A model generated the notes under the pieces. That model made no database searches, was not told the origin of the DNA, and worked only from the letters and a program-made list of their open reading frames with translations. Of a DNA stretch of 64,000 bases, positions 45,506-54,401 are shown one piece after another. The stretch's first letter is position 1. The number at the start of each line of letters is the position of its first letter. Both the position numbers and the translations under genes were made by a program. Origin of the DNA: a virus; IMG/VR virus record IMGVR_UViG_3300049489_001113, positions 1-64,000 of that record; one strand, given 5' to 3'.

Positions 45506-46654
45506 TCACTCCTTGCCCTGTGAAATTGCTGCGTACTTGACCGGGTCCTTCTTCGCCAACTCCATGGTGAGGCGTGGATCCTTCAACCCAGGAAGCACGA
45601 GCAGCCCGGTCTTCGGGGGGACGATCGGGCGCCCGTTTCGGACCACGTCGAACACGGTCTCCTGTTGAGACTGCAGGAATCCGATGGTTGGACGCTCCTT
45701 GTCGTCCACCCAGTGGAATCGCTTCCGCCACTGGTCCCAGTCCTCGACGAAGCTCGAGAGCGCCTTCTCCACGTCGGACTGCCCGTAGTGGTCCACCAGC
45801 ACGTTCACGAGCTTGCGCTCCTTGCCGAGCCACAGGGCGGGGTGCTCGTTCGGCCAGCGCCGCCTCCAGGCGGAACGCCACGCACGCTGGGCCAGGGTCG
45901 ACGGGGTCGAGGGCTTACCCTCGTCCTGGTCATCCGGAGGACCGTGGGACCTCTGCCGGGGTGAGGCGGTCGGAACAGCTGGGGCTGCTCGACCGGTGGC
46001 ACGGTCGGACGGCCGGGTGTGCTGACGGGTCGGAACGGGTTCGACCGCCGGGTTGGATCCACCCTCGACCTCTGATCGATCTTCGTCGGAGGTTTTTTGC
46101 GCGGAGCGCAACTCCCTCTTCTCTCCCTTTTCTTCTCCCTCTTCTTCCCTATGTATCCTTTGCAGTGGGGGGGTTTGCACTGTGAGTGGGGGGGTTTCGC
46201 ACTGTGAGTGGGGGGGTTTCACACTGTGAGTGGGGGGGTTTCGAATATGCAAATAGTCCAAAACACCCCCACTCAATGGGGTGGTTTCTGTGCCTAAAAC
46301 ACCCCCACTCAATGGGGTGGTTTCTGTGCCTAAAACACCCCCACTCAATGGGGTGGTTTCTGTGCGAGCGGGCTCCTGCAACCACCCGTGGTTGATGTGG
46401 TACACGGCGGCCCTGCCCCGTCCACCACCCCGGTCCGTGGCTCGGATCGCGGCGCGGGCGATCAGTTTTCCGATGGTAGCTTGGAGCCAGTTCTTCGAGA
46501 GTCCAGTCTCAAGCAGCAGTGTCGCTACGCCTGGGTAGGACGCCCCCGTCTCAGAATTCTCGTGGTGTGCCAGTACAACAAGCACGAGTCGCTCCGCTGC
46601 TGACAGCGGTTTGCGTGTTCGCAGTACGTTGCGGAGCCTGTCCGACGGTAGCAT
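45506..46654 (-). CDS. Replication initiator (N-terminal wHTH, lambda-O-like organisation)
   Basis: ERLVLVVLAHH...SYPGVATL..ETGLS; internal DNA repeats. Confidence 0.8.
   Translation of the reverse strand: MLPSDRLRNVLRTRKPLSAAERLVLVVLAHHENSETGASYPGVATLLLETGLSKNWLQATIGKLIARAAIRATDRGGGRGRAAVYHINHGWLQEPARTETTPLSGGVLGTETTPLSGGVLGTETTPLSGGVLDYLHIRNPPTHSVKPPHSQCETPPLTVQTPPLQRIHREEEGEEKGEKRELRSAQKTSDEDRSEVEGGSNPAVEPVPTRQHTRPSDRATGRAAPAVPTASPRQRSHGPPDDQDEGKPSTPSTLAQRAWRSAWRRRWPNEHPALWLGKERKLVNVLVDHYGQSDVEKALSSFVEDWDQWRKRFHWVDDKERPTIGFLQSQQETVFDVVRNGRPIVPPKTGLLVLPGLKDPRLTMELAKKDPVKYAAISQGKE
46164..46242. repeat. Iteron array 1: four AGTGGGGGGGTTT cores spaced 21/22/22 bp
   Basis: Copies start at 46164, 46185, 46207 and 46229. 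Confidence 0.9.
46260..46365. repeat. Iteron array 2: three 36-bp direct repeats
   Basis: AAAACACCCCCACTCAATGGGGTGGTTTCTGTGC(CT) at 46260, 46296 and 46332. Confidence 0.95.
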
Positions 46655-46668
46655 GCTGTACCCCGCCG

Positions 46669-46956
46669 TTAGGCCACTGAGCTGTCCGTTGTGAAAAGAC
46701 GCTCTGGGTGGAAGGTGTAGCGGGTGGGGGAGGGACCCGCGGCTCCGCTGCGGAGGCGCGACAAGATACCGGCCGCCACCAGTTCTTGGATGATCGCATT
46801 CACGCTCTGCGTTGTGAGCTTCGTCTCCTGCGCGATCTGGTTCTGGGATGCTTCCCAGTTCAGATCCTGCAGGAGTTGAAGGACGATCTTCTGCGCGGGG
46901 CGTAGGTGCGTCCGCGCGAATGAGAGTGGATCCACGGCGGGCGTCGAAGGCTCCAT
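46669..46956 (-). CDS. Winged-HTH (MarR-like) protein
   Basis: SQNQIAQETKLTTQSVNAIIQELVAAGIL. Confidence 0.75.
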   Translation of the reverse strand: MEPSTPAVDPLSFARTHLRPAQKIVLQLLQDLNWEASQNQIAQETKLTTQSVNAIIQELVAAGILSRLRSGAAGPSPTRYTFHPERLFTTDSSVA

Positions 46957-46977
46957 GAACAGCTCCGGGTTCCGGAG

Positions 46978-47006
46978 AGACTATTCATGCAGCGTGCCTA
47001 AGTCAA
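46978..47006 (-). promoter_or_regulatory. sigma70-like promoter for the replication operon
   Basis: TTGACT-N17-TAGTCT. Confidence 0.65.
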
Positions 47007-47014
47007 GTGAATAT

Positions 47015-47464
47015 TCACTCGCTGAGCTGGTCAAGACCCCAGGCCGTCGCTCCTACCACTACGAGGACGGATGCGCCCCCGACGGTGCGCTGCACCCATG
47101 GTTGATCCCAGAACTTCACCTGTTGCGCCTCTTCGAGGCGGGCCGCGTACCAGTCCCGCTCGGCCTCGGCGATCCGGACCTGTCCCTGCAGGTACACCGT
47201 GTCGAGGCGGTACCTGGCTTCCAGGGCGTCGGACCACGCCTCGTGCTGGAGTCCGTCGGCGACCGCCGAGAGGGGCACGGCGACCGCCCCGCAGGCCACC
47301 TTGCCGCCGGACACCAGGACCGCCGGGACGGGCTCACCCACGTCGAGCCCGATCGCCTCGGCGCACTCTCCCTCGACCGGTGGGATCGGGGAGGGACGCT
47401 CGGGGAGCGGGGGGAGTGGCTCCGCACCGAGCGCCGGCAGGAGTAGGCCGAGCGCGAGGATCAC
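47015..47464 (-). CDS. Signal-peptide + C-terminal TM protein (spanin-like candidate)
   Basis: MILALGLLLPALGA; coiled coil; GGASVLVVVGATAW. Confidence 0.6.
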   Translation of the reverse strand: MILALGLLLPALGAEPLPPLPERPSPIPPVEGECAEAIGLDVGEPVPAVLVSGGKVACGAVAVPLSAVADGLQHEAWSDALEARYRLDTVYLQGQVRIAEAERDWYAARLEEAQQVKFWDQPWVQRTVGGASVLVVVGATAWGLDQLSE

Positions 47465-47730
47465 TTCCGCTTCCGGTTCAGGATGGCGGCGAGCGCGGAG
47501 CCCGGCTTCGACGCGGCGGCGGCGACCTTCACCTCCGCCTTCTCGTCCTCGAGCTTCGCGTCGACCTGCTTCGCCGCTTCGGCGTGCACCTCGGCGGCGA
47601 CCGCCTTCGCGGTGTCGGTGGGTGGCGCGGGGGGCGTGACGACCTGTTTCCGCTTCCCGAGGAAACGGAGCAGGAGCGTCGCGGCCACCCCGAGCGCGGC
47701 CCCGAGGACCGCGATCAGGGGTGAGTCCAC
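47461..47730 (-). CDS. N-terminal TM + coiled-coil protein (spanin-like candidate)
   Basis: LIAVLGAALGVAATLLLRFL. Confidence 0.6.
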   Translation of the reverse strand: MDSPLIAVLGAALGVAATLLLRFLGKRKQVVTPPAPPTDTAKAVAAEVHAEAAKQVDAKLEDEKAEVKVAAAASKPGSALAAILNRKRK

Positions 47731-48050
47731 TACGGGATGACCTTCATCACGTGGTACGCGACATCGGTGTCAGCGCCGGGGACGGCGTCGACCGAAATCG
47801 TGAGCAGGCCGGTTCCGTTCCACGAGTACCACAGCTTCGCCGCGGTGCCGGGGTTCTCGGCGAAGGTGAGCTGCACGAACGCACCGTCCCACGCGGCGGG
47901 GAACTGCACGGTGGTCGAGGTGCCGGCCGCGAGGACGACGACGACACCGACCATGCCGATCGCGTCGGCGATGTCCTTGGCGGCGGTGCCCGCGGATCCG
48001 CCTGCGAGGACGGTGCGGGCCGGGATCTGACGGGCGGAGACTGCGGGCAT
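47730..48050 (-). CDS. Small beta-rich structural protein
   Basis: AGGAG RBS; composition. Confidence 0.6.
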   Translation of the reverse strand: MPAVSARQIPARTVLAGGSAGTAAKDIADAIGMVGVVVVLAAGTSTTVQFPAAWDGAFVQLTFAENPGTAAKLWYSWNGTGLLTISVDAVPGADTDVAYHVMKVIP

Positions 48051-48088
48051 GGTTCACACTCCTGGGGAAAGGGTACGGACGGTGTCTA

Positions 48089-50719
48089 TCACGAGTCCTT
48101 GATGCCGATGGCCTCTTCGAGATCCTCGACCTGGGACCGGGTGCGGATGTAGAACAGGTTCGCATCCACAACACCGTTGAACTCGACGTGCAGGAGCACG
48201 TGTTGCGGCTCGAGCCCGGAGACGGTGACAGGGGTGGTGAGGTCGATGGTGACCTCGCGGATTCCCGCACCCGCGGTGGTTGTCTCGCCCGAGTTCGTTG
48301 AGACGAGCGTGACAGAGCCGTCGTTCTCGATCTTGTAGGCGAGAAGATCCCACGAACTCGATGCGGTGCTCACGCCGAGGACGACGCGCTCGAGCGTCTC
48401 TCCCGGGTTCAGCAGGATCTGGAAGAACCCGATCGACGGTGCGGACACCGTCCCCTCGTAGAGGGCAGCCGGCCAGTAGGCCACGCTGCCCGGGGGGTTC
48501 ACCGACGTGTACTTGGCGGGGTTGCCAGGGGATGCGCCCGTCGGCAGCCACTCCGCGAAGGGAGTGGCCCCCGTCGCCTCGTTGCGGTTCCACTGGTCCA
48601 TGTAGAACATGCGACGGAGCTTGCGCGCGGAGGCGAACTTGTACCGCTTGTTGTTCCCGAGGGTGACGTTCTCCTGGAGTGCGACCTCTCCCGCGAGCAG
48701 GATGTCGGTGGCGAAGAGGGTGACCATCTGCCCACCCTCGTCTGCCTCGACGTAGGTGGATGCGTCCTTGCCGATGCGCGAGAGCGCGCCCGCACTGTCG
48801 AGGAACAGCCCGGCGTCACCACTCGCAAGCGAGAAGTTCACCTGCCCCGTTGTGGCGCTGAACTGGAGTAGATTCGCGCTGTCGTCGAACCAGAAGGTCG
48901 GGGACCCAAGGGAGCCGAACTTCACGTCACCGGAGAGGACGTGCAGCGAGGTGTCGCCCTGCACCACGTGCGTGCCGGTTCCGGTGAACCCGGCGATCTT
49001 CAGGCCGGCGAACCCGTTCGTGACACCGGTGGGTGCGGCCAACTCGACGACGTAGGCCGACGTGACATCTGCGCCGGCGTCCTTGGTGAGCTGGAATCGG
49101 AAGGCGTGCGCCTGGTTGTCCCCGTCGTTCGGGAACAGGCCGAACGTGAGATGCCCGATGTCGGTGCCGTTCTGGCTGTAGTTCGCGTTCAGCGTCAGCT
49201 CGGACAGGAAGTCCGCGGTGGCGCCCGCGTCGTCGGCGAAGAACTGGATCCACGCCTTGCCCTCGGCCTGGGTGGGGACGAGGAATCCGGAGAGCGAGGT
49301 GGTCACCTCCTCGGTGGTGGCGCCGAGGTACAGGTAGCCGTTGTTGCCCGCCTGCTGGCTGCGCGCGATGAGCGCGTTCGCGAACACGGCCGCCCCCCAG
49401 CCGGATCCGAAGTCGGTGCTTTTCCAGCCTGCCGCATCGAGGAGCGGGAAGGACGTGGCCCCGTCCCACACGTTGAGGTCGATGAAGGGGGACAAGGCGT
49501 TCGCGGCGAGGGCCGGGAAGCGGATGCCCTCCGTGCTCGTGCGGATGATCGGGTGCTGGTTCGCGGCGAGCGACGCACCGGGTCCGACGTCGTCGGCGAA
49601 CTGGATGTCCTTCCACTTCCCGCTCCCCAGGTCGAACTTCGACTTGAGGATGTGGGTGAGCGGCCCGAGCGGGGCCATCTCGTAGTGGCCCGGCGTCGTG
49701 TACACGATGTTCGCCGGCACGATCGTCGGGGCGCCAGCACCGGGCGTGATCGTGGCGATGTGGATCCAGTAGACCTTCTCCTCGTGTCCCTGCGGGGCGA
49801 GGTCCGGGTAGTCCGGCCGGTCGGCGCTCGTGGGGAGGTTCGCGCCGGTGCGGAAGATGCGGTGGAAGTAGCGGACGCGGAGTCGGTGCGACGGCTCCAG
49901 GAGCATCGTCGGCTCCTCGAGGTCGGGATCCTCCTCCATGTCCTGGTCCTCGACCCACACTCCGAGCCACACCTTCTCGACCTGCCCGTTCACGAAGGTG
50001 ACGCTGTTCGGCAGCACGAGGTACTCGTCGCCGATCGCCGGACCGCCGGCGCTGTAGGGGCCGGTGACCGTGAGGCGCGCCGAGGTGGGCACGGCGGAGA
50101 TCGTGTACGTGTTCCCAGCCTCCGCGCCGGTGACGAACCGCACGCGGGCGTGACGGTCGGTACCGTTGCCGACGCCGCCGGAGGGGGCGACCAGGTGCAG
50201 ACTGCCCGTTGCGGGGGTGAAGTCCTTGCTGTCGTCCTCGAACGTGGTGCCGCCGGGGAGGGCGGTGACCTTGCCGCTCGTGATGACGTGCCCCAGGTCC
50301 GAGTAGAGCCCGGCCGGTCCACGGGAGTCGCTGTCCTCGACGAAGAGGCCCTGCACCCAAGACGGGCCCCACATCACGTAGAAGTCGTTCGAGAGCCCGG
50401 CGGTGTGCACCCAGGGCCGCATCGAACCGGGGAACCAGGACGTCGGGGTCGCGGCCACGGTCGGCGCGTCGGCGGGCCACGTCTTCGTCGGGTCCACAGG
50501 GTGGACGAACTCGTAGAGCGCGTCATCGACCGTGACCTGCGTGGTGTCGAAGCCGATGAGCGTGTCGATGGCGCGCGACGTGCGCCAATCGAGCAGGTCC
50601 TGCAACTCGTTGATGTCGGCGTCCGTGATGGGCACACCCTGCTGGAGCAGCATGCGCAGGTAGCTCTTGTTCGCGTCGAAGGTCTTCCGCGAGACGTTGG
50701 CGGTTGGCGTACCCATCAC
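48089..50719 (-). CDS. Tail fibre/baseplate-attached protein with DUF6519-like N-terminus
   Basis: SRKTFD..K.Y...LQQGVPITDADINE; VWLGVW....EEDPDL.E. Confidence 0.75.
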   Translation of the reverse strand: MMGTPTANVSRKTFDANKSYLRMLLQQGVPITDADINELQDLLDWRTSRAIDTLIGFDTTQVTVDDALYEFVHPVDPTKTWPADAPTVAATPTSWFPGSMRPWVHTAGLSNDFYVMWGPSWVQGLFVEDSDSRGPAGLYSDLGHVITSGKVTALPGGTTFEDDSKDFTPATGSLHLVAPSGGVGNGTDRHARVRFVTGAEAGNTYTISAVPTSARLTVTGPYSAGGPAIGDEYLVLPNSVTFVNGQVEKVWLGVWVEDQDMEEDPDLEEPTMLLEPSHRLRVRYFHRIFRTGANLPTSADRPDYPDLAPQGHEEKVYWIHIATITPGAGAPTIVPANIVYTTPGHYEMAPLGPLTHILKSKFDLGSGKWKDIQFADDVGPGASLAANQHPIIRTSTEGIRFPALAANALSPFIDLNVWDGATSFPLLDAAGWKSTDFGSGWGAAVFANALIARSQQAGNNGYLYLGATTEEVTTSLSGFLVPTQAEGKAWIQFFADDAGATADFLSELTLNANYSQNGTDIGHLTFGLFPNDGDNQAHAFRFQLTKDAGADVTSAYVVELAAPTGVTNGFAGLKIAGFTGTGTHVVQGDTSLHVLSGDVKFGSLGSPTFWFDDSANLLQFSATTGQVNFSLASGDAGLFLDSAGALSRIGKDASTYVEADEGGQMVTLFATDILLAGEVALQENVTLGNNKRYKFASARKLRRMFYMDQWNRNEATGATPFAEWLPTGASPGNPAKYTSVNPPGSVAYWPAALYEGTVSAPSIGFFQILLNPGETLERVVLGVSTASSSWDLLAYKIENDGSVTLVSTNSGETTTAGAGIREVTIDLTTPVTVSGLEPQHVLLHVEFNGVVDANLFYIRTRSQVEDLEEAIGIKDS

Positions 50720-51327
50720 TGCACCTCGAACGTGAACCGGATCGACCGGTCGATGGAGATCGAACTCGTCTTGTCGATCCTACTGTGGACGATCCAGTCG
50801 GTCATCAGGCCGGAGTTCGCGACCCCCGTGGCGTTCCCACTGAACACCCCGAACTCGCGGAGCGCGGAGCCATTAGCCTCGCCGAGGGCGAGCGTGGTGT
50901 CCACCTGGATGACGTTCGACGGGGTCGGATCGATGTTGACCCCGGAGACGGGGTTGCGGAAGGTGATGGCCACCGCGGGGATCGCCTTCCGGAACACCTC
51001 CGTGGTGAGAGTGGTGTCGGCGAAGGGCTGGGTCGGCGCTGCCGAGTCCCAGGCGGGCAACCCGGTCCCGAAGGCGAAGTACAGGAACCCCGTGTAGCCC
51101 ACGCGGTTCTTGCACAGCGAGGCGAGGAGCACGGCGTTCGTGTTCTGCACTTGGTTGTGCTGCCAACCAGTGTCCTCGACGATGTTCCCTCGCTCATCGC
51201 GGATGATGTCCCGCCACTCCCCCTTCATGCGAAGGAGTCCCTTCGTCGGATCGATTCCCTCCACGACACGACGGACAGGTTCCCGCACGGGGGGAGGTTG
51301 CAAGAGGATCGATGGGTCTCGGTGCAT
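50716..51327 (-). CDS. Tail-fibre-associated (collar-like) protein
   Basis: AFGTG...TL..EVFRK...GEANG..LREFGVF...IDKT. Confidence 0.7.
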   Translation of the reverse strand: MHRDPSILLQPPPVREPVRRVVEGIDPTKGLLRMKGEWRDIIRDERGNIVEDTGWQHNQVQNTNAVLLASLCKNRVGYTGFLYFAFGTGLPAWDSAAPTQPFADTTLTTEVFRKAIPAVAITFRNPVSGVNIDPTPSNVIQVDTTLALGEANGSALREFGVFSGNATGVANSGLMTDWIVHSRIDKTSSISIDRSIRFTFEVQ

Positions 51328-51336
51328 CGTCGGATC

Positions 51337-52131
51337 CTACGGGTAGGGGGCGGGTGGGGGTGTGCCAGCGTATCCGAGCGCCTCGTGGTGCGTGCGGACC
51401 GTGGTGGTGTTGGTGGTACGGGCAGCGACGTTGGAGACCATGAGCAGGATCCCAGGGCCCCAGGTGCCAGAGGCCGACTCTTCCGGCGCGCCGAGCGTCT
51501 CGATGTAGTTGAGCGTCTCCGCGAAGAAGTCCTCCCCCATCGGAACGATGGTCTCGAGGATGGTCGGGGGGCGCAGGATGACGGCGATCTTGGCCCACGA
51601 TGTCTTCAGCTCGTCAGGGACGATGCGATCGATCTTGTTGATCGTGATCCTGGTCAGCTCGTCCGACACGTCTCCGACCGGCTCGAGCACCAGCACGAGC
51701 CCGTTGAGGCAGTGCCAGTTCTCCTGGGTCGGCGTGTACTTCAGCTCGTCGCCGATGGTGCCGATGAGGCCCACGTCCACCGATCCGACGTCCGGCGTGG
51801 TGCAGCGGGTGTCGTTGGAGAACATGACGTAGCGCCAACCCTCGTGGGCGGTGACGTCCCATTCGGCCACGCTCTCGACGAACGCTGTGATCGCGTCCGC
51901 CCGTCCCTTGCGCTTGTACAGGGAGACCGCGTTGAGCGTCTCCTTCCGGCGCTTGCCCTCCGGCAGCTCGAAGTTCGTCGGCCAGCCGATGAGCCAGTCG
52001 ATGTACGGGAGCAGCTCGGCCTCGACGGTGTCGACCTTGTAGTTGTCGAGCAGGCGCTCGATGTCGGTCTTCACCGAGTCGGCGACGGTACCGAAGATCT
52101 GCAGGAAGCGTTCGAGTGGGGAGGCGCTCAC
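51337..52131 (-). CDS. Baseplate wedge/tail protein I-like
   Basis: PLERFLQIF, ELLPYIDWLIGW, LYKRKG; GTG start with GGAGA SD. Confidence 0.8.
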   Translation of the reverse strand: MSASPLERFLQIFGTVADSVKTDIERLLDNYKVDTVEAELLPYIDWLIGWPTNFELPEGKRRKETLNAVSLYKRKGRADAITAFVESVAEWDVTAHEGWRYVMFSNDTRCTTPDVGSVDVGLIGTIGDELKYTPTQENWHCLNGLVLVLEPVGDVSDELTRITINKIDRIVPDELKTSWAKIAVILRPPTILETIVPMGEDFFAETLNYIETLGAPEESASGTWGPGILLMVSNVAARTTNTTTVRTHHEALGYAGTPPPAPYP

Positions 52132-53228
52132 GGCAGATCTCCGTCGATGACCTGCCAAGCCTGGGGCATCAGGTCGTAGAGCTTCGAGGAGTGCCCGTAC
52201 CTTCCGTAGGCGAAGGAGCGAGCGAAGGTGGCGTTGTCGGCGTACGCCCAGAACCAGTCAGGGTTCTCCGCACTCGGGGGCACGAGGATGAACAGCGTGT
52301 AGTACCGGAACTGCCGCTCGACGCGGTCGGCGTCGTCGTAGTCCTCGTGGTGCTGGTCACCGGGCACCTTCCGGTCGGTGAACACGGGCGAGGTGATCGA
52401 GCCGTCGACGAACCCGTCGTGGATCTGGTCGGCCTGTGCGTCGTCGCTGTCGCGGGGGTACTCGATCGGCTTCGCAACCAGCCTGTACCGCCGCACGTTG
52501 TTGAGGATCGCGAGGTCGTACGGGCTCTCGTTGAGCTGGTCAGCGAAGTCCGCGACGAGCGATTCGTTCACGTCCACGGTCAGCGCGGCGCCCGTGACTT
52601 CTGGGTCGACGTCGAAGTCATAGGTCTGCCGCGCCGTCACGAGTGGCTCCCACCCGTACCGCTCCGCCTGCCGACGGAACTTGTAGAAGTCGTCGCGCAT
52701 GTTCACGCTGCGCGCGTCGTCCACCACGGTGAAGGACACGGTCTCCGTGATGGTCGCACCGTCGCAATCCTCGATCGAGATCTCGAGCGTGCCTGTGCTT
52801 CCTGGGAGGAGTCCGAACAGCGGCTGCACCACGACGGTGGCCTGTTGCCCCTCCTCGTAGTCGAACAGCTCGATGCTGCTCGCGATGCCGTCGAAGCCGG
52901 GTTGGAAGGTGGTGCCTGTCACGACGTCCACCCAGCCGTCAGGGCTCTCCGCCGGGTAGGGTTGCTGCCGGTACCGGATCAGCAGCGTGGCCATCTCGAG
53001 TGGGAGGTTCCCGTCCCGCAACCGGACTCGGAACCGCGCGGAACGGGGCACGTCGGTGGCCATGTGCACGGGGGCGAGAGGGGTGATCTCCACCGCCGGT
53101 ACGGCGTACTCCGGCTCACCGCCGAAGAGCCCGAACGTGCCGCGCACCTCGCCCGCGTCCGGGTCGCCGGAGGACATGCCTCTGGTGACCCAGGCGAGAC
53201 CGATGCGGGCCCCGGGATTGCAGGCCAC
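52128..53228 (-). CDS. Putative baseplate structural protein ending in a gpI-like N-terminal motif
   Basis: Ig/FN3-like composition; C-terminus KLYDLMPQAWQVID. Confidence 0.7.
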   Translation of the reverse strand: MACNPGARIGLAWVTRGMSSGDPDAGEVRGTFGLFGGEPEYAVPAVEITPLAPVHMATDVPRSARFRVRLRDGNLPLEMATLLIRYRQQPYPAESPDGWVDVVTGTTFQPGFDGIASSIELFDYEEGQQATVVVQPLFGLLPGSTGTLEISIEDCDGATITETVSFTVVDDARSVNMRDDFYKFRRQAERYGWEPLVTARQTYDFDVDPEVTGAALTVDVNESLVADFADQLNESPYDLAILNNVRRYRLVAKPIEYPRDSDDAQADQIHDGFVDGSITSPVFTDRKVPGDQHHEDYDDADRVERQFRYYTLFILVPPSAENPDWFWAYADNATFARSFAYGRYGHSSKLYDLMPQAWQVIDGDLP

Positions 53229-53231
53229 GGC

Positions 53232-53834
53232 CTACTCCGCCTTGAACGTCGCCAAGTTCCCGTCGACGTCGTACGTCATCGTGACGTCGATCTGCCCGAT
53301 GCGGTTCGTGTCGGCGGAGACATCTGCGCTGGACGGGTAGGCGACGTGCCGCGCGGTGAGCAGGCGGCCCTCGGCGTCGTAGACGGGGTTCGGCCCAGCC
53401 TGGCCCATGATGCGGGACCAGAACTGCCCGCCGATGCCGAGCGCCATCGCGGCGCGCTGCCCGAAGGTGCCGGCGCCGACGTACTCGGTGACCAGGTCCT
53501 CCCAGGGCGACCGACGTTGCTGGAGTATGAACCCGTTCTCGAGCGTGAGAGACGTCGACTCGTAGACGCGAAACCGGTACCCCCTGAGCCCGAGGGTGTG
53601 ATTGAGCTGGCCGGCGAGCACCGCGGCCTCGTAGACACCGGGGAAATTGGTCGCGTCAACCGCGGTCATCGCGACCGTGGTGGCGCCGACCTGCCAGTTC
53701 GTGCCGTTCCAATACTGACTGTCGACCACGCGTTGGATGGTGGCGACGGGAGACAGGCCCGTCACGCCCGCGCCCGACAGGAGAACCTCGAGTCTGGCGG
53801 TGATGGCGTTCCAGGGTTGTGTCTCGGCGCGCAT
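53232..53834 (-). CDS. Putative structural protein
   Basis: YWNGTNW, PGVY, YDAEG/YDVDG. Confidence 0.65.
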   Translation of the reverse strand: MRAETQPWNAITARLEVLLSGAGVTGLSPVATIQRVVDSQYWNGTNWQVGATTVAMTAVDATNFPGVYEAAVLAGQLNHTLGLRGYRFRVYESTSLTLENGFILQQRRSPWEDLVTEYVGAGTFGQRAAMALGIGGQFWSRIMGQAGPNPVYDAEGRLLTARHVAYPSSADVSADTNRIGQIDVTMTYDVDGNLATFKAE

Positions 53835-53843
53835 CGACGTCCC

Positions 53844-54203
53844 CTACTTCGTGGTGGTCGTATCCGTCGACGGCTCGGGTGTCGCGGGGGCAGGGGCTTT
53901 CGGGCAGTCGCACGTGGCAAGGCACGCGGGGAGGGGCACCGCGGTTGGGTCCGCGGCGTAGGCTTCCGCCGTCGGTGCGATCCAGTCGCGGGGCGGCAGA
54001 CAGCCCTTCGCGACCGCCTCGGCCAGGACCTTCTGGTCCGCGACCATGCGCGCCAGGGCGGCCACCTTGTCGTGGAGTCCGGCCGCCATCTGGACCTGCG
54101 CGCTGTCCTGCCGCACCTCCTCGACTTCCTCGGGCGTGGCGCCCACGTCGGCGGGCTCCTCGGCGACAACGGATCGGGCGAACAGCAGAGAGAGCAGGAC
54201 CAT
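53844..54203 (-). CDS. Secreted/membrane hypothetical protein
   Basis: Signal-like N-terminus; Cys-rich tail. Confidence 0.55.
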   Translation of the reverse strand: MVLLSLLFARSVVAEEPADVGATPEEVEEVRQDSAQVQMAAGLHDKVAALARMVADQKVLAEAVAKGCLPPRDWIAPTAEAYAADPTAVPLPACLATCDCPKAPAPATPEPSTDTTTTK

Positions 54204-54397
54204 CACTTCAACCCCATGTCGGTCAGAGCTTTGTCGATGCCGTGTAGTTCGACCTGCACGAGGGCCAGCTCGAGGCGTAGGCGCTGCACCTCCTCGTGCT
54301 GCTGCCACCCCCAACCCGTGAGTGCCATGACGGCTGCGACGAGCCCGCCGATGACCCAGCGGGCAAAGCTCTCGGAGATTACGGGATGTTCCGGCAT
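54203..54397 (-). CDS. Small TM + coiled-coil protein (holin-like candidate)
   Basis: WVIGGLVAAVMALTGWGW followed by a coiled coil. Confidence 0.55.
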   Translation of the reverse strand: MPEHPVISESFARWVIGGLVAAVMALTGWGWQQHEEVQRLRLELALVQVELHGIDKALTDMGLK

Positions 54398-54401
54398 GCC
54401 G

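Noticed and set aside
46260-46365. 36-bp repeats as a CRISPR array
   Set aside because: The repeats are directly tandem with no spacers and lie in frame within the initiator gene.
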